Shown: piece after piece, positions 54,701 through 63,930 of the stretch | How positions within the stretch are numbered: the first letter of the stretch is position 1 | Layout of the letters: every line of letters starts with the position of its first letter | NCBI GenBank assembly: GCA_964016885.1 | Contig: OZ024743.1 | Span: 304,916,001 to 304,980,000, forward strand | Length of the DNA: 64,000 nt | From: Eledone cirrhosa | Taxonomy: Eukaryota | Direction: 5' to 3' | Position numbers and translations under genes: made by a program | Notes under the pieces: model-generated | Database searches by the model: none | What the model saw: the letters and a program-made list of their open reading frames with translations, nothing else | Told to the model about the DNA's origin: nothing

Positions 54701-57700
54701 TTCTATAGAAATATTGGACAGCTTCCGTTACCTGCGTGACAAAATCAGCAGTGGGGGAGGGTGCTCTGAAAGTACAGTAGCTAGAGTCAGAACTGGATGG
54801 AAAAAGTTCAGAGAGCTTATACCACTATTAGCCGCTAAAGGGTTCTCCCTAAAAATGAAAGGCAGGCTGTATGATGCCTGCATACGAACCGCAATGTTGC
54901 ATGGCAGTGAGACCTGGGCATTGTGTGCAGAGGATATACGCAGACTGGAGAGGAACGAAGCTTGCATGCTCCGCTGGATGTGTAATAGTAATATACGTGA
55001 ACGGCAAAGCATAAACGAACTAAGGGAAAAATTAGAAATAAGAGGGATCAGATGTTGTTTACTCGAGAGAAGGCTATGGTCGTGAGTTGGTATGGTCACA
55101 TGATGCGCATGAAAGATGACAGCTGTATAAAAAAGTGCAGAGCAATAAAAATAGACGGTAGCCACGGAGTAGGCAGACCCAGAAAAACCTGGGACGACTT
55201 GATAAATTCCGACCTCACACACTTACACCTCTCCAAGACAATGTCACTGGACCGAGATCTTTGGCACTACACAGTAATAGAAAAGACCCGCCTTACCTAA
55301 GTACAAAGTGAAACCTACTACAGTCAGTAGGCACCTCTAACAAAATACACCCCCATCCCACTACCCCAACCCCATCCACACCACCCCTTTCAATGTAAAG
55401 TTATGTTGGTACCACAACATCCAGCCCGAAACAAATGAGATTGTGTAGGTGTCACGACAAAAAAACACACAGTCCACGCTGTAATGTGGCCGTGTAGGTA
55501 ACACGGTAAAAACCTCCCAGTTCCACACTGTAAATGTGGTTGGTGTTAGGAAGGGCATCCAGCCGTAGAAAACCCGCCAGACAGTCCTATGCGAGCAAGA
55601 CAACCACTCTTACCTCAAGTGGGAAAACTCCCGTCCAAACCCATGCAAGCGTGGAATATGGACGTTAAATGATGATGATGATGATGATGATGATGTGTAT
55701 GTGTGTATGTATGTAATGTATGTATATATAATGGACAGTAACTGAAGATGATATGTATATATTTTCATATTCATTTTCTTTTTCTTCTTAGTAATGGAAA
55801 TTCTTCTGACTCAGTTCCGGGCGATGGTGTACAATTTGACCCCTTTGCTTCAAATAAAGAGGACCAATTGATTTCAGGTTTTAAAATAAATTCCTTGAAG
55901 TAAATATCATTATATATTTTCTCATATTATCAAACATCTATGTTGTGTTATATTGCATGTTATATGACTTAGTTTTCCATTCTGATAACTAGATAGTATA
56001 TCAACATCTAGAAATAGAATCTGATTTGACTTGTTGACTCACTGAAAGTACATTATTGGACCCTATATTGTTTGTCACACAAAATAGAAATATCTAATAT
56101 ATGGACATGGCTTTATATTTTAAAGAAGGAATATAATCGATTATATTGTGTGCAGAACTTTCCTATTATTCATTTTACAGAAGGATGAATTTCAAAATCA
56201 GATCTAGCACAATTTGAAAGCAGATTGGAAACAAATGTAATTAAATACCACAAACTATTTTTGCCATGTTCTACAATTCTGTCCCATCCATTGATTTTCC
56301 TGCCACATAAAATAATGGTTTTGGATATAGGCACAAGGCCAAAAATGCTGGAGGAGGGGAAAGTCGATTAAATCGTTCCCAGTGCATTACTGGTACTTTA
56401 TTTTATCGACACTGTAAAGACGAAAGGCAAAGCTAACCTCAGCAGAATTTGAATTCAGAATGCAAAGGGCCGTAACTCTATGCCTCTAAGCATGTTGTTC
56501 GACGCTTTACTGATTCTGCCAATCCACCAGCTCACAAAATAATGCAAATCATTGATATTGATTTCTAATTTTGCAGAGGCTGTGATATATTTGGTTCATG
56601 TAGAAACATAAATGTTTTTTCCATGGCTCAGGTCTATAGAATGATTTGAACTAATTTCCACTTATTAATGAAGTATTAAGCTATTAAGTGCCGCTTACTT
56701 CTGCTGCTTGCAGAGATAGATAATCTGTTTTATATAACATAATGTGTGTAATATAACTTCTCCGACACTAAAGGCTAATATTAGCTCCTGCCTTTGGGAT
56801 GTGAAGCAGATGAGAAGTAAATTATCCCCTGGCTAGAATGTTGGTCTTTCACAGGTAACATTCCGAATTATCTATTCCAGACTTAGTCCATTCTGGACAC
56901 CTAGTGGAGACTTCTGCTGTCCTTGGCCCTAGGCCACCTCCCTACTTATCACCATAGGCGCAGAGCTGGCTAGCTGCCGTTTGAGCTGGAATGACTCTTC
57001 CAGTACATCTCGCTCACTATCGTCCAGGGAAATACCTTCTCTATTCTGTCTGCTAGGGCCTAGGTGCAGCCAGCGCATGGGACCCCATTTATTGATAATA
57101 GTGAGAGATGGGGAGGGTGGGTGAGACGGAGGTGATGACAGTGGGAGTTTGGTTCCTCTGTGTTCGGAGCTGGTGTACATGTGTGTGTAATTTTATACTA
57201 TTAAAATTAGAAAATGAAAAAATAAAAGAAAAAAAATCTGGATAAGTAGGGTTATTGGTCACTTGAATAGTCATTTGTGTAACACACATACCTAATGTGG
57301 TTTTTGTGTTTGTATATCCATATATTCATGTTAAGAAATTGACACAAATAACATGCAGTAGATTTGAACTTACAATCTATGAGCAGATAGTCCAATATCA
57401 TATTTACTTGGCCATCTTAATTCTATCCAGACATAATACCTATTTCAAGTTAAGAGAACTGAGCCATTAATGACTTCATTCATAATTGGTTATATTGACA
57501 TGATTGTGATAGAAAGTTCTCAAGGCTCAAGTCAAAGTTCTCATTGCCAGAACCCAAAAGAAAAAGTTTAAGTTAATTCAACATGCATCAATTTTACAGC
57601 ACTATCACTGCTTACAGTAGTGAGAAATTCTACTAAGTGGTACTTACAGTTGGGTGGATCATAGCATTTATTGGAGAATGTCTTCACTGTGGACGTCACC

Positions 57701-59371
57701 AGTGAAAGAAAAGTTGCAAATTCCTCATTTACTTCCCTGGTAACTTGATGAGTCAGTCAGCCAGCCATATGTGATTCCTATTGTGCGTTAAGGATGTTAA
57801 TAATAGACACTGCTTAGTCAAGTTGATTGAATATGAACGATTAATCCTTCTCTTAGTATTTCAACACCTCATCATATTTACTAGCTGCTACTTTTTAATC
57901 ATGTAATTTCATAAGTTTAATGATGTTATTGTAACAATTATAAATGCAATAACAAAACTTCTGCTCTCTTTCAATAGGAAATGTGATGTCATGATGCTGA
58001 CTTGTAGTAAGCAAGGTAAGAAAAAATATAACTAATACTGATTTCTTACATTAGTTTAAGGCATCACATTTATAGAGTATTAAAAATGAGATTGCATAAC
58101 ATTTAAACATTTCTTTAAAGAAATTATCCTATTAATGACTATTCATTGAACAGTACAAATGAAGAATATAAATGAAAAAATGCATGAACACATATTTCAT
58201 ATCTAAATAGTTGATATCTTTTTTATAATTCTGTAATTGAGAAAGAAAAGACTGACGTAGTTCTGTGAAAGAATTGAAATATAATATTTTGTAGAAATTA
58301 AGTAAGTTTTTGGCAAAGTGAGACTCATACAGGTAGATTGGAATGATGACCGGTGTAGTTGTAATGAAGAATCAGAGGAAAGAAACATAGCTTGCTCGTG
58401 GATCTGTGATAAGAGACAATTCAACAATACTGTACATTATTTAAGAGGCATGGATCTGTGGTATAGTAAAGAGTTTGTGACATAACCACATGTTTCAGGT
58501 TCCTATCCCAGTGCTTCCTTCTATACCGTTGGATAGACCAATGACTCATGAATGGAGTGCTTGGAAAGTGCAGATATGTTCTGATTATTTTTGCCTCATT
58601 GTATGTATTACAATATATAATTGTTGTTTCCATAATATTATCATATGTGTATGCTCTGTAATATGATATTATTTTCATTTAATTTCCATTGAGCTTTCTT
58701 CGAACAACGAAATCAACATGATTCTATTTTGCTTTATTTATAACTTAATGATAATGATTTATTTAAAGTATTATCAAATTCTTTTATCATTGGTTTTATG
58801 AGTTATCAAATGGATACAATGTAAGATCTAAAGATCAATATTGAAAGTTCATAATTAGATTTAGATTGTTTTGTTATTAGAGACCTTACTCTGTTTTGCC
58901 TTGATAAATTTGACTATAAATTAATACCAATTCAGCTTCAGTTTTAAGAATCTAATGTAAGAGATGAGGTTTAACCCAGCTTTTAAAATAATTTCTTTAG
59001 GAATTCATATAAGTTCCCAATTGTTTTAAATTACCCAACTTAAAATTTGTTTTAAAAAAAAAGCATTATACCTTTATTTCACTAACAACATTACTCTCCT
59101 GTGTGGAAACAATTGCCTTTAGTTTGGTTTCACCTTATGTTATTTTTTAACTCTTTTCTAATCAATGAAAAGATATTTCTAAAGATTTTTTCATATCTTC
59201 AGAATGTGGCAAGCAAAAGTTGAGTTCAATTCAACCTAACATCCAAGGTGGACAAAATGCCTTGAAAAAGGAATGGCCTTGGAATGCACAAATTTTGAGT
59301 GGTAGCCAATTTCAATGTGGTGGTGTGTTAATCGACAACCATCATGTGCTTACAGCTGCTCATTGTCTGAA
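1939..59371 (+). CDS. Partial multi-exon gene (14 exons): mosaic S1 serine protease, MAM-LDLa-MAM-LDLa-SRCR-LDLa-LDLa-SRCR-Tryp_SPc, enteropeptidase/TMPRSS-like
   Basis: join(1939-2043,3160-3465,4541-4651,23479-23616,24323-24625,26479-26592,28253-28388,29609-29757,44853-44987,46711-46824,50886-51003,55792-55899,57978-58015,59203-59371). All introns are GT-AG and the phases chain with no stop codon. Start codon and catalytic Asp/Ser exons are not in the window. Confidence 0.88.
2400..2670 (+). mobile_element. SINE/RTE-tail fragment with 4-5 diverged internal 48-bp units
   Basis: Ends in tgtaaggtggttggcattaggaagagcacccagccatagaaaacc, like the RTE 3' tail at 55530-55575; 48-bp periodicity upstream. 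Confidence 0.7.
3160..3465 (+). CDS. Exon 2: C-terminal part of MAM domain 1
   Basis: tttgcag|GC...TTAA|gttagt; GTIVSP..SCVKFKY...[15 protein letters not shown], the MAM C-terminal motif. Confidence 0.9.
4345..4460 (-). mobile_element. 3' end of RTE-like LINE family with (GAA/CAA)n tail; further copies at 26660-26975, 28714-29225, 29777-29960
   Basis: Shared sequence gaggcagagtcctcaaac.ctccttccagcaggtc..gtcagaag; minus strand of the 26.7 kb copy reads [14 protein letters not shown], similar to the RTE ORF end. Confidence 0.65.
4541..4651 (+). CDS. Exon 3: LDL-receptor class A repeat 1
   Basis: ttacag|AT...TGTC|gtaagt; [36 protein letters not shown]. Confidence 0.93.
4695..4882 (+). mobile_element. 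tRNA-derived SINE family A; further copies 8165-8345(-), 15465-15650(+), 17240-17430(+), 25760-25935(+), 56320-56525(-)
   Basis: Head tggcaatattggtaga...gagttcaaat (A/B boxes), core tttgcctttcatcctta.ggggtcgataaaataaagtaccagt, tail gctggccttgtgccaaaagtagaaacaatta. Confidence 0.85.
5470..6100 (+). mobile_element. R4/Dong-type RLE non-LTR retrotransposon, C-terminal fragment (pseudogenised)
   Basis: [55 protein letters not shown]: zinc knuckle plus RHD and PD motifs, with stops. Confidence 0.85.
6110..6472 (-). mobile_element. Mariner transposase fragment
   Basis: Minus strand reads [35 protein letters not shown], a decayed YSPDLAP.D motif. Confidence 0.8.
7391..7752 (-). mobile_element. RTE LINE 3' UTR copy with internal tandem duplication of about 110 bp, set in a (TA)n tract
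   Basis: Reverse complement matches 55440-55695; (GAT)n tail. Confidence 0.85.
8440..8827. repeat. Inverted repeat with arms of about 145 bp (8445-8590 and 8676-8825)
   Basis: For example, ttttcatttacaaagggtagagaaccactatag pairs with ctatagtggttctctaccccttgtaaatgaaaa. Confidence 0.85.
8863..9080 (+). mobile_element. 5'-truncated SINE family B (RTE-like tail)
   Basis: Near-identical to the reverse complement of 50362-50575. Confidence 0.8.
9082..9450 (-). mobile_element. RTE LINE 3' fragment, older subfamily
   Basis: [29 protein letters not shown]. Confidence 0.85.
9548..10907 (+). mobile_element. 5'-truncated RTE LINE (RT C-terminus with Cys-His finger, 3' UTR, (GAT)n tail)
   Basis: Begins at YADD and aligns closely with 54336-55695; flanked by (TA)n. 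Confidence 0.93.
11126..12745 (-). mobile_element. Decayed RTE LINE, related subfamily
   Basis: Minus strand has remnants of [21 protein letters not shown] and WYGNVM; tail reads (CAT)n on +. Confidence 0.85.
12750..15360 (-). mobile_element. Penelope-like element remnant: linker and GIY-YIG endonuclease (14390-15180) plus 3' non-coding region; no RT seen
   Basis: [74 protein letters not shown]; frameshifts present; duplication of about 147 bp at 13884-14175; boundaries approximate. Confidence 0.85.
13372..13478 (-). ncRNA. Type I hammerhead ribozyme (U3-A8 core variant) in the Penelope 3' region
   Basis: Minus strand: aagua-cccc UUGACAA G-stemII-C GAA ACGGC-loop-GUCGU C gggg-uca-uacuu; all three stems pair. 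Confidence 0.75.
16435..17810. repeat. Helitron-like head (16435) followed by a foldback block of palindromic units acacacagaaat..atttctgtgtgt separated by (TA)n (16615-16995, 17545-17810)
   Basis: Read directly; flanks 16535-16600 and 17025-17095 are inverted copies of each other. Confidence 0.7.
18065..18578 (+). mobile_element. Non-autonomous Helitron
   Basis: 5' TCTACTTATAATATATAA with (TCTG)n; 3' hairpin ccgccc-acc-gggtgg then tttctgCTAG. Confidence 0.7.
18579..23414 (+). mobile_element. Helitron with decayed RepHel gene
   Basis: 5' TC, 3' hairpin accgggc-atc-gccgggt then CTAG|T; tandem repeats of about 85 bp at 23025-23330. Confidence 0.92.
19880..22810 (+). pseudogene. Helitron Rep/Pif1-like helicase pseudogene
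   Basis: [70 protein letters not shown]; many frameshifts; the HUH motif region appears deleted near 20660. Confidence 0.92.
23479..23616 (+). CDS. Exon 4: N-terminal part of MAM domain 2
   Basis: tttcag|CA...GAAG|gtgaat; [45 protein letters not shown]. Confidence 0.92.
24323..24625 (+). CDS. Exon 5: C-terminal part of MAM domain 2
   Basis: ttttcag|GT...ACAA|gtaag; [42 protein letters not shown]. Confidence 0.92.
25930..26300 (-). mobile_element. R4/Dong-type non-LTR 3' end with (TAA)n tail
   Basis: Minus strand reads [44 protein letters not shown]. Confidence 0.85.
26479..26592 (+). CDS. Exon 6: LDLa repeat 2
   Basis: gaaag|GT...GACA|gtaagt; [36 protein letters not shown]. Confidence 0.92.
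27375..27660. repeat. Minisatellite, about 33-bp unit (ctgatcaataatagatatgatcttcattatcaa), about 9 copies
   Basis: Tandem repetition visible directly. Confidence 0.85.
27706..28060. repeat. Minisatellite, 31-bp unit (aactaaagttggcaaaattgttagctggctc), about 11 copies
   Basis: Tandem repetition visible directly. Confidence 0.9.
28253..28388 (+). CDS. Exon 7: N-terminal half of SRCR domain 1
   Basis: aacag|AT...TTCAA|gtaaat; [40 protein letters not shown] matches the RLVGG..GRV..VC..A..IC.LGF SRCR pattern; phase 1-2. Confidence 0.9.
28851..28983 (+). pseudogene. Ectopic partial copy of intron end plus 5' half of exon 3
   Basis: Ungapped match to 4461-4593, 11 mismatches in 133 bp by manual count. 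Confidence 0.9.
29609..29757 (+). CDS. Exon 8: divergent, Cys-rich C-terminal half of SRCR domain 1
   Basis: ttacag|T...ACAA|gtaagt; [49 protein letters not shown]; phase 2-1 fits both neighbours. Confidence 0.82.
29985..44270. repeat. 48-bp satellite array (ccaatacatgctataaagtggtagtgttggtgtcatgataaaatactc), roughly 260-270 units, filling intron 8
   Basis: Direct repetition, seen as 16-aa periodicity in the ORF track; interrupted by SINE pieces, a Helitron and an inversion. Confidence 0.97.
31375..32382 (+). mobile_element. Non-autonomous Helitron inserted in the satellite
   Basis: cccattA|TC...cccgagcaacaccggg ctttaacgCTAG|Tatgct; no TSD; internal duplication of about 90 bp (31899/32049). 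Confidence 0.88.
44853..44987 (+). CDS. Exon 9: LDLa repeat 3
   Basis: ttaag|CT...TGTG|gtaagc; [44 protein letters not shown]. Confidence 0.92.
46711..46824 (+). CDS. Exon 10: LDLa repeat 4
   Basis: tttcag|AA...TGTT|gtaagt; [36 protein letters not shown]. Confidence 0.93.
47250..48750 (-). mobile_element. Very decayed retroelement, possibly Penelope-type RT
   Basis: A-rich minus strand with only faint RT-like remnants; no intact motif. Confidence 0.3.
49070..50360 (-). mobile_element. Decayed RTE LINE fragments
   Basis: [17 protein letters not shown] and [18 protein letters not shown] parallel the LINE at 52107-55300. Confidence 0.75.
50362..50707 (-). mobile_element. Full-length SINE family B: tRNA head, CORE-like domain, RTE-like tail; head fragment also at 25458-25565(+)
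   Basis: A box TGGCTTAGTGG, B box GAGTTCAATTC, ccttgagcaagacacttt..cagtttactcagctgtagaaatg, tail taggaagggcatccagc..ggacgtaaaatgaaa(tga)n. Confidence 0.85.
50886..51003 (+). CDS. Exon 11: N-terminal part of SRCR-like domain 2 (TMPRSS type)
   Basis: tttcag|TT...AGAAG|gtaac; [32 protein letters not shown]; phase 1-2. Confidence 0.85.
51850..55695 (+). mobile_element. Near full-length RTE-clade LINE (APE + RT, ORF 52107-55300 disrupted)
   Basis: [36 protein letters not shown]; [15 protein letters not shown]; stops at 54012 and 54246, 8-nt insertion near 55080; (GAT)n tail; 5' end approximate. Confidence 0.96.
55792..55899 (+). CDS. Exon 12: middle of SRCR-like domain 2
   Basis: Strong polypyrimidine tract ttttctttttcttcttag|T...TGAA|gtaaat; [35 protein letters not shown]; phase 2-2. 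Confidence 0.72.
57978..58015 (+). CDS. Exon 13 (38 nt): end of SRCR-like domain 2
   Basis: tctttcaatag|G...CAAG|gtaag; [12 protein letters not shown] supplies the two closing Cys and the phase 2-to-1 change that is needed. Confidence 0.78.
59203..59371 (+). CDS. Exon 14: activation segment and N-terminal part of trypsin-like protease domain
   Basis: cttcag|AA...CTGAA|gtaagt; [55 protein letters not shown] contains WPW, CGG and TAAHC (catalytic His). Confidence 0.95.
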
Positions 59372-59399
59372 GTAAGTACTTTCAGTTCATAGATAACAT

Positions 59400-60500
59400 C
59401 TTTATCTTCTATGTGTATGTATTCAATATAGGTAATCTTACTTTCTGGTCAAACTGTTTTGACTTTTATCAACAATTATTTAACTCAATAGTGGTAATGC
59501 CTAGAGATCCAACAACACCTACCAGAATTCTGGAATTACTGCAGTCTAAGGTGCTAAGTATGACTCAGAGTTCTACTCTTGCAACCTTATTAACTGCACC
59601 ATACCGAAGATCTAGCAGAAGACTACTGACATAGACCTTCCCAAAACCAAACAAACCTGTTGATTTAAAGAGCTACAGATTAATCTCCCTCCTATGTGTC
59701 CCCTTCAATTTCCTGGACTATTTCATTCTAGCCAGACTGGAACCAATAGTCAATCCACAACAGCTGGAGGAGCAAGTAGGTTTTTTGCCATGGCCATAAA
59801 ACAGTACATTAAATCGTCAATTTGACCAATGTTATTAAAGACGGCTTCATAAAGAGGCACAAGGCTGTCACTATCTTGGGTGACCTCACCAAATTCTATG
59901 GTACTGTGTGGTACCAGAGTCTGACCTGAAGTTACTAAGAACAATTCCTGACAGCTACATGATGTGGTTTATCTGCAACACACTAGCCAGCCAAAGATGA
60001 GAGAAAATGATGGAGAAACCAACAGACTGATCCACCTTCATAATTGTTTCTACTTTAGGCACAAGGCCAGCAATTACTCAGTACATTTCTGGTACTTTAT
60101 TTTATCGACCCCGTAAGGATGAAGGGCAAAGTTAACCTCAGCGGCATTTGAACCACCTTCATAATGGAGTCCATCAAGGCTCAGTGCTGTCCCCCATGTT
60201 CTTCAACATGTAATACAGTGACATACCCCAAACAACATCATGAGAGTATGGCTCACCCTTCTCCATTCTCATAGAGTCTGGACTAATGTAGAGAGTGTAC
60301 AAACAGCAGACATGACCTAACTGGCAACAGATTTCAAGACATGGAGATTGAAGATGAACATGAAATGGAAAACTGAAATGTCATTCCACCTGAATAACAA
60401 GGATGTCCGTCACCAGCTCACTATTAACTTTGATGATACACACCACCTATATAATGTCATATGGACCTATCTTGGAGTGAAATTGAAATGCTGGTCGGTG
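59400..60500 (+). mobile_element. Decayed LINE RT fragment
   Basis: SYRLISLLCVPF..ILARLEP.. and [14 protein letters not shown] remnants. Confidence 0.75.
60045..60152 (-). mobile_element. 5'-truncated SINE family A with 13-bp TSD
   Basis: ccaccttcataat at 60032-60044 and again at 60153-60165. Confidence 0.9.
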
Positions 60501-60890
60501 GGTGTGTTAGTTATTAGAGATGTTCATGTGTGCATGTACATACATATGTATGTGTGTGCGTGTGCATGTGTTTGTATGTGTGTGTGTGTATGTGTTTGTG
60601 TAGGTTTATTCAATTGTCTGTGCAAAGGGGTGAAAGATCGTAACTGAGCTAGCTGCTATGGGTGTGGAGGTATGAGTGAGAATTTTTGCAAGAACAGACC
60701 AACATAGGGAAGCATACAAACATGTATATGAAATTCTGTCTACACATACACACATGCATAATCAGTCACAAGGGTCTATGTAAAAAGGGAGGTGCTGGTG
60801 AATATGATCGCAGCTTTATATATTTCAGTATATACATACATATATATATATATGCACTGTGTCTTTTGCTCTGTTATTTCTGTTTGCCTG

Positions 60891-60937
<47 letters not shown>

Positions 60938-60941
<4 letters not shown>

Positions 60942-61537
60942 GTGATGCGCATGAAAGTCGATAGCTGTATAACAAAGTGCAGGGCAATAAAGATAGACGG
61001 TAGCCACGGAATAGGCAGACCTAGAAAAACCTGGGATGAGCTGATAAACTCCGACCTCACACACTTACACCTCTCCAAGACAATGTCACTGGACCGAGAC
61101 CTTTGGTGGTACTCAGTAATAGAGAAGACCCGCCTTACCTAAATACATAGTAAAACCTACTACAGTCAGTAGGCATCTCTAACAAAATACACCCCCGTCC
61201 CGCCACCCCCACCCCATCCACACCACCCCTTTCTATGTAAAGTTATGTTGGTGCCACACCATCCAGGCCGAAACAAATGAGATCGTGTAGGTGTCACGAC
61301 AAAAAAAAACACACAGTCCACGCTGTAATGTGGCCGTGTAGGCAACACGGTAAAAACCTCCCAGACCCACACTGTAAATGTGGTTGGTGTTAGGATGGGC
61401 ATCCAACTGTAGAAAACCTGCCAGACAGTCCTATGCGAGCAAGACAATCACTCTTACCTCAAGTGGGAAAATCCCCGTCCAAACCCATACAAGCATGGAA
61501 CACGGACGTTAAACGTTGATGATGATGATGATGCTGA
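60938..61537 (+). mobile_element. 5'-truncated RTE LINE
   Basis: Matches 10301-10900; begins at a (TA)n tract. Confidence 0.92.
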
Positions 61538-61699
61538 TACACACATGATTCATGAGGTATTTGAGGGCAGATTTATGTTTATAGAAAAAACAGATATATA
61601 ATAGCAAATAATAACTTAATTATAGAAAAATGCTATCAGCATAAACATAAATCATCTTCATTAACTACTTCCATAACTGCTTCTATGCAAGATCAAAAT

Positions 61700-63930
61700 T
61701 GTCTATATGCTCAAATTAAAGGGTTCTGGTTAATATTGGACATTACTCTCATTATGGCAGCTTTCATGAATCTTTGGCATTTTGAGGGTGTTCATTAACC
61801 TCTCAGTCAACAACATGTCATATGTAGTAGTCCAATGGATTGATATTTGGAGAGCTAGGAGAGCAAATGTTAGGTGTTATATGATCATGCAATTTTTCGG
61901 CCATCCATTACTGCATTACTTGAGCCTTGTGTGATGGTGCAGTGTCTTGCTGAAGCACATAAGACCTTCCATTACATACGAGGGGGCTTCAAATGTTTGT
62001 GGAAAAAGTACATATCTACAAGGATTTTGATCTCAATGCACATGTACGTTCTTGTACTAACATGTAATAACATGTTCTAACATGAATATCTAAATGCATG
62101 TTGCAATACAGCACCACCTGTCGGAAATCAGCACCCGCTCGAGCAACACAGCCTCCATCAAAATTGAGGCCAGGACAAACATCATATTCATGGTGAAGTT
62201 CAGGTGGAAGAGCAATCAAATCATTGACGCTCTAGAGGAAGTTTACTGGGACAATGCCCCAAATAAATCAACAACCAACAAATATATAAGTTGTTTTAGA
62301 AGTGGAAGAGTTGAAGTTGAAATAATCCCCACTGTGGCAGTCTGTGTGGAAAACATTGATGCTTTTCGCAACCTAATTGCAAAGGATAGACGAATAACCA
62401 CTGAATCATTAGCTGACACACTCAACATCTCCATGGGTTCTGTACACACAATTCTAGTAACACATTTGGGGCTGAGAAAGCTTTTGGCTCAATGGGTCCC
62501 AAAGCTGTTGCGCCCAGATCAGTAGCAAACGAGGGCAGATATTTCGATAGAAATTCTGAACAAGTAGGATGAAGACCTCAAAGCTTTTCTGCAGAGAATT
62601 GTAACCGGGATGAAACGTGTCTCTACCCGGAATGATCCTGAGTATAAAACTCAATCAAAGCAGTGGCTGCATAGGGGCAAAAGTGAACCAGTCAAGACAG
62701 AATGGGAGCGTTCAAGAGGGAAGGTCATGGCCACTGTCATCTGGAATGCAATGGGAATTTTGCTGGTTTTCTTCCTCGAGAACAAGAGAAAAATTACTGC
62801 TGCATATTATATAGGTGTTTTGAGATGACTGGCCAAGAAAACTGAGAAAAAACACCTGGGGAAGCTGCATCGGTATGTCCTCATTCCACCACGACGATGT
62901 GTCCACACATGGTGCCAGACATGAACTCTGTTATGCAAATTTCAGTGGGAAATCATCTGAGATCCTCCTTACCTTTCTGGTCAAGCTCTATCTGACTTTC
63001 TTTCATTTCCAAGCCTGAAAAAAGTCATTGAAAGGTACCCATTTTCCATCAGTTGAAGATGTACAAAAAGCTGCTTTGACATGGTTTAAATCGCATTGCC
63101 ATCAGTTTTACACAGATAGACTTAAAGGTTGGTATCAATGCTTGCAGAAGTGTATTGACTTAGATGGAGCATATGATGAAAAATCGTTTTTTCCAGTTGT
63201 CCTTTTTCTCCAAACTTTTTGAAGCACCCTCGTACACTGTCTATCCACGGCTTAACAACTGTTTCCAAGACCTCAATGTAAACAGCAAAATTAACTCTAA
63301 TGACCTGTAGAAAGAATTGAGGAGGCATCACGTGTCCTTCATTGCTGACAACCCCCACCCCCAAAGAAACCATGACAGTTTCAGGAAAATTTGTGTGCAT
63401 AACTGTGTTGGAACTCCAGAAGGGTCTGCGCATAACCATCTGCAATTTCTTTTATTAAATTTCTGATGTTGGTCAAAGTTTTTCTCGTCTGAGAAAAACC
63501 AAATCACATCATTTTCTGCTGGATTTTTAAGTTTGTTTAAGATCCTTTTAGATCTGACTAAGCAATTTTCTTTTGTTTTTTTCTGACATAAATTGACCTT
63601 TCCTCATTACATAAGACTTATATCTGATGTCATGGACAACATTTCTAATTGTTACTTCTGACACATGGAAATCTTTTGCAAGTGACCTCATGGATTTTTG
63701 GGGATTGTCATCAATGGTTTACTGAACATGCTGGATAAATTCAGGTATTCTGATGATGTCAGGGCATTAGGAATGCTTTTTAAGCACTGATACTGCTGAT
63801 ATGTTTCCATTTTCACTCTCAACCTCCCTATGGACTTTGAAGACGAAAGATCTGACAACTTTTAAAAAATCGAGATGCCTCTAAATCACTATGCTAAGCC
63901 TTTAAAGCCACAATTACAGTGTGCCTTTTC
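61700..63930 (-). mobile_element. Older Tc1/mariner-superfamily element (DD37D/maT-like), split by the mariner
   Basis: VMVSLGV..SNEG..VYIEVLETVVKPWIDSV|CNGRSYVLQQDTAPSHK..SSPNINPLDYY reads through once the mariner is removed. Confidence 0.8.
61979..63232 (+). mobile_element. Full-length mariner element with decayed transposase
   Basis: TA TSD; TIRs cgagggggcttcaaatgtttg and caaactttttgaagcaccctcg; WVPKLL, TGDET, HHDD motifs; stops present. Confidence 0.93.
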
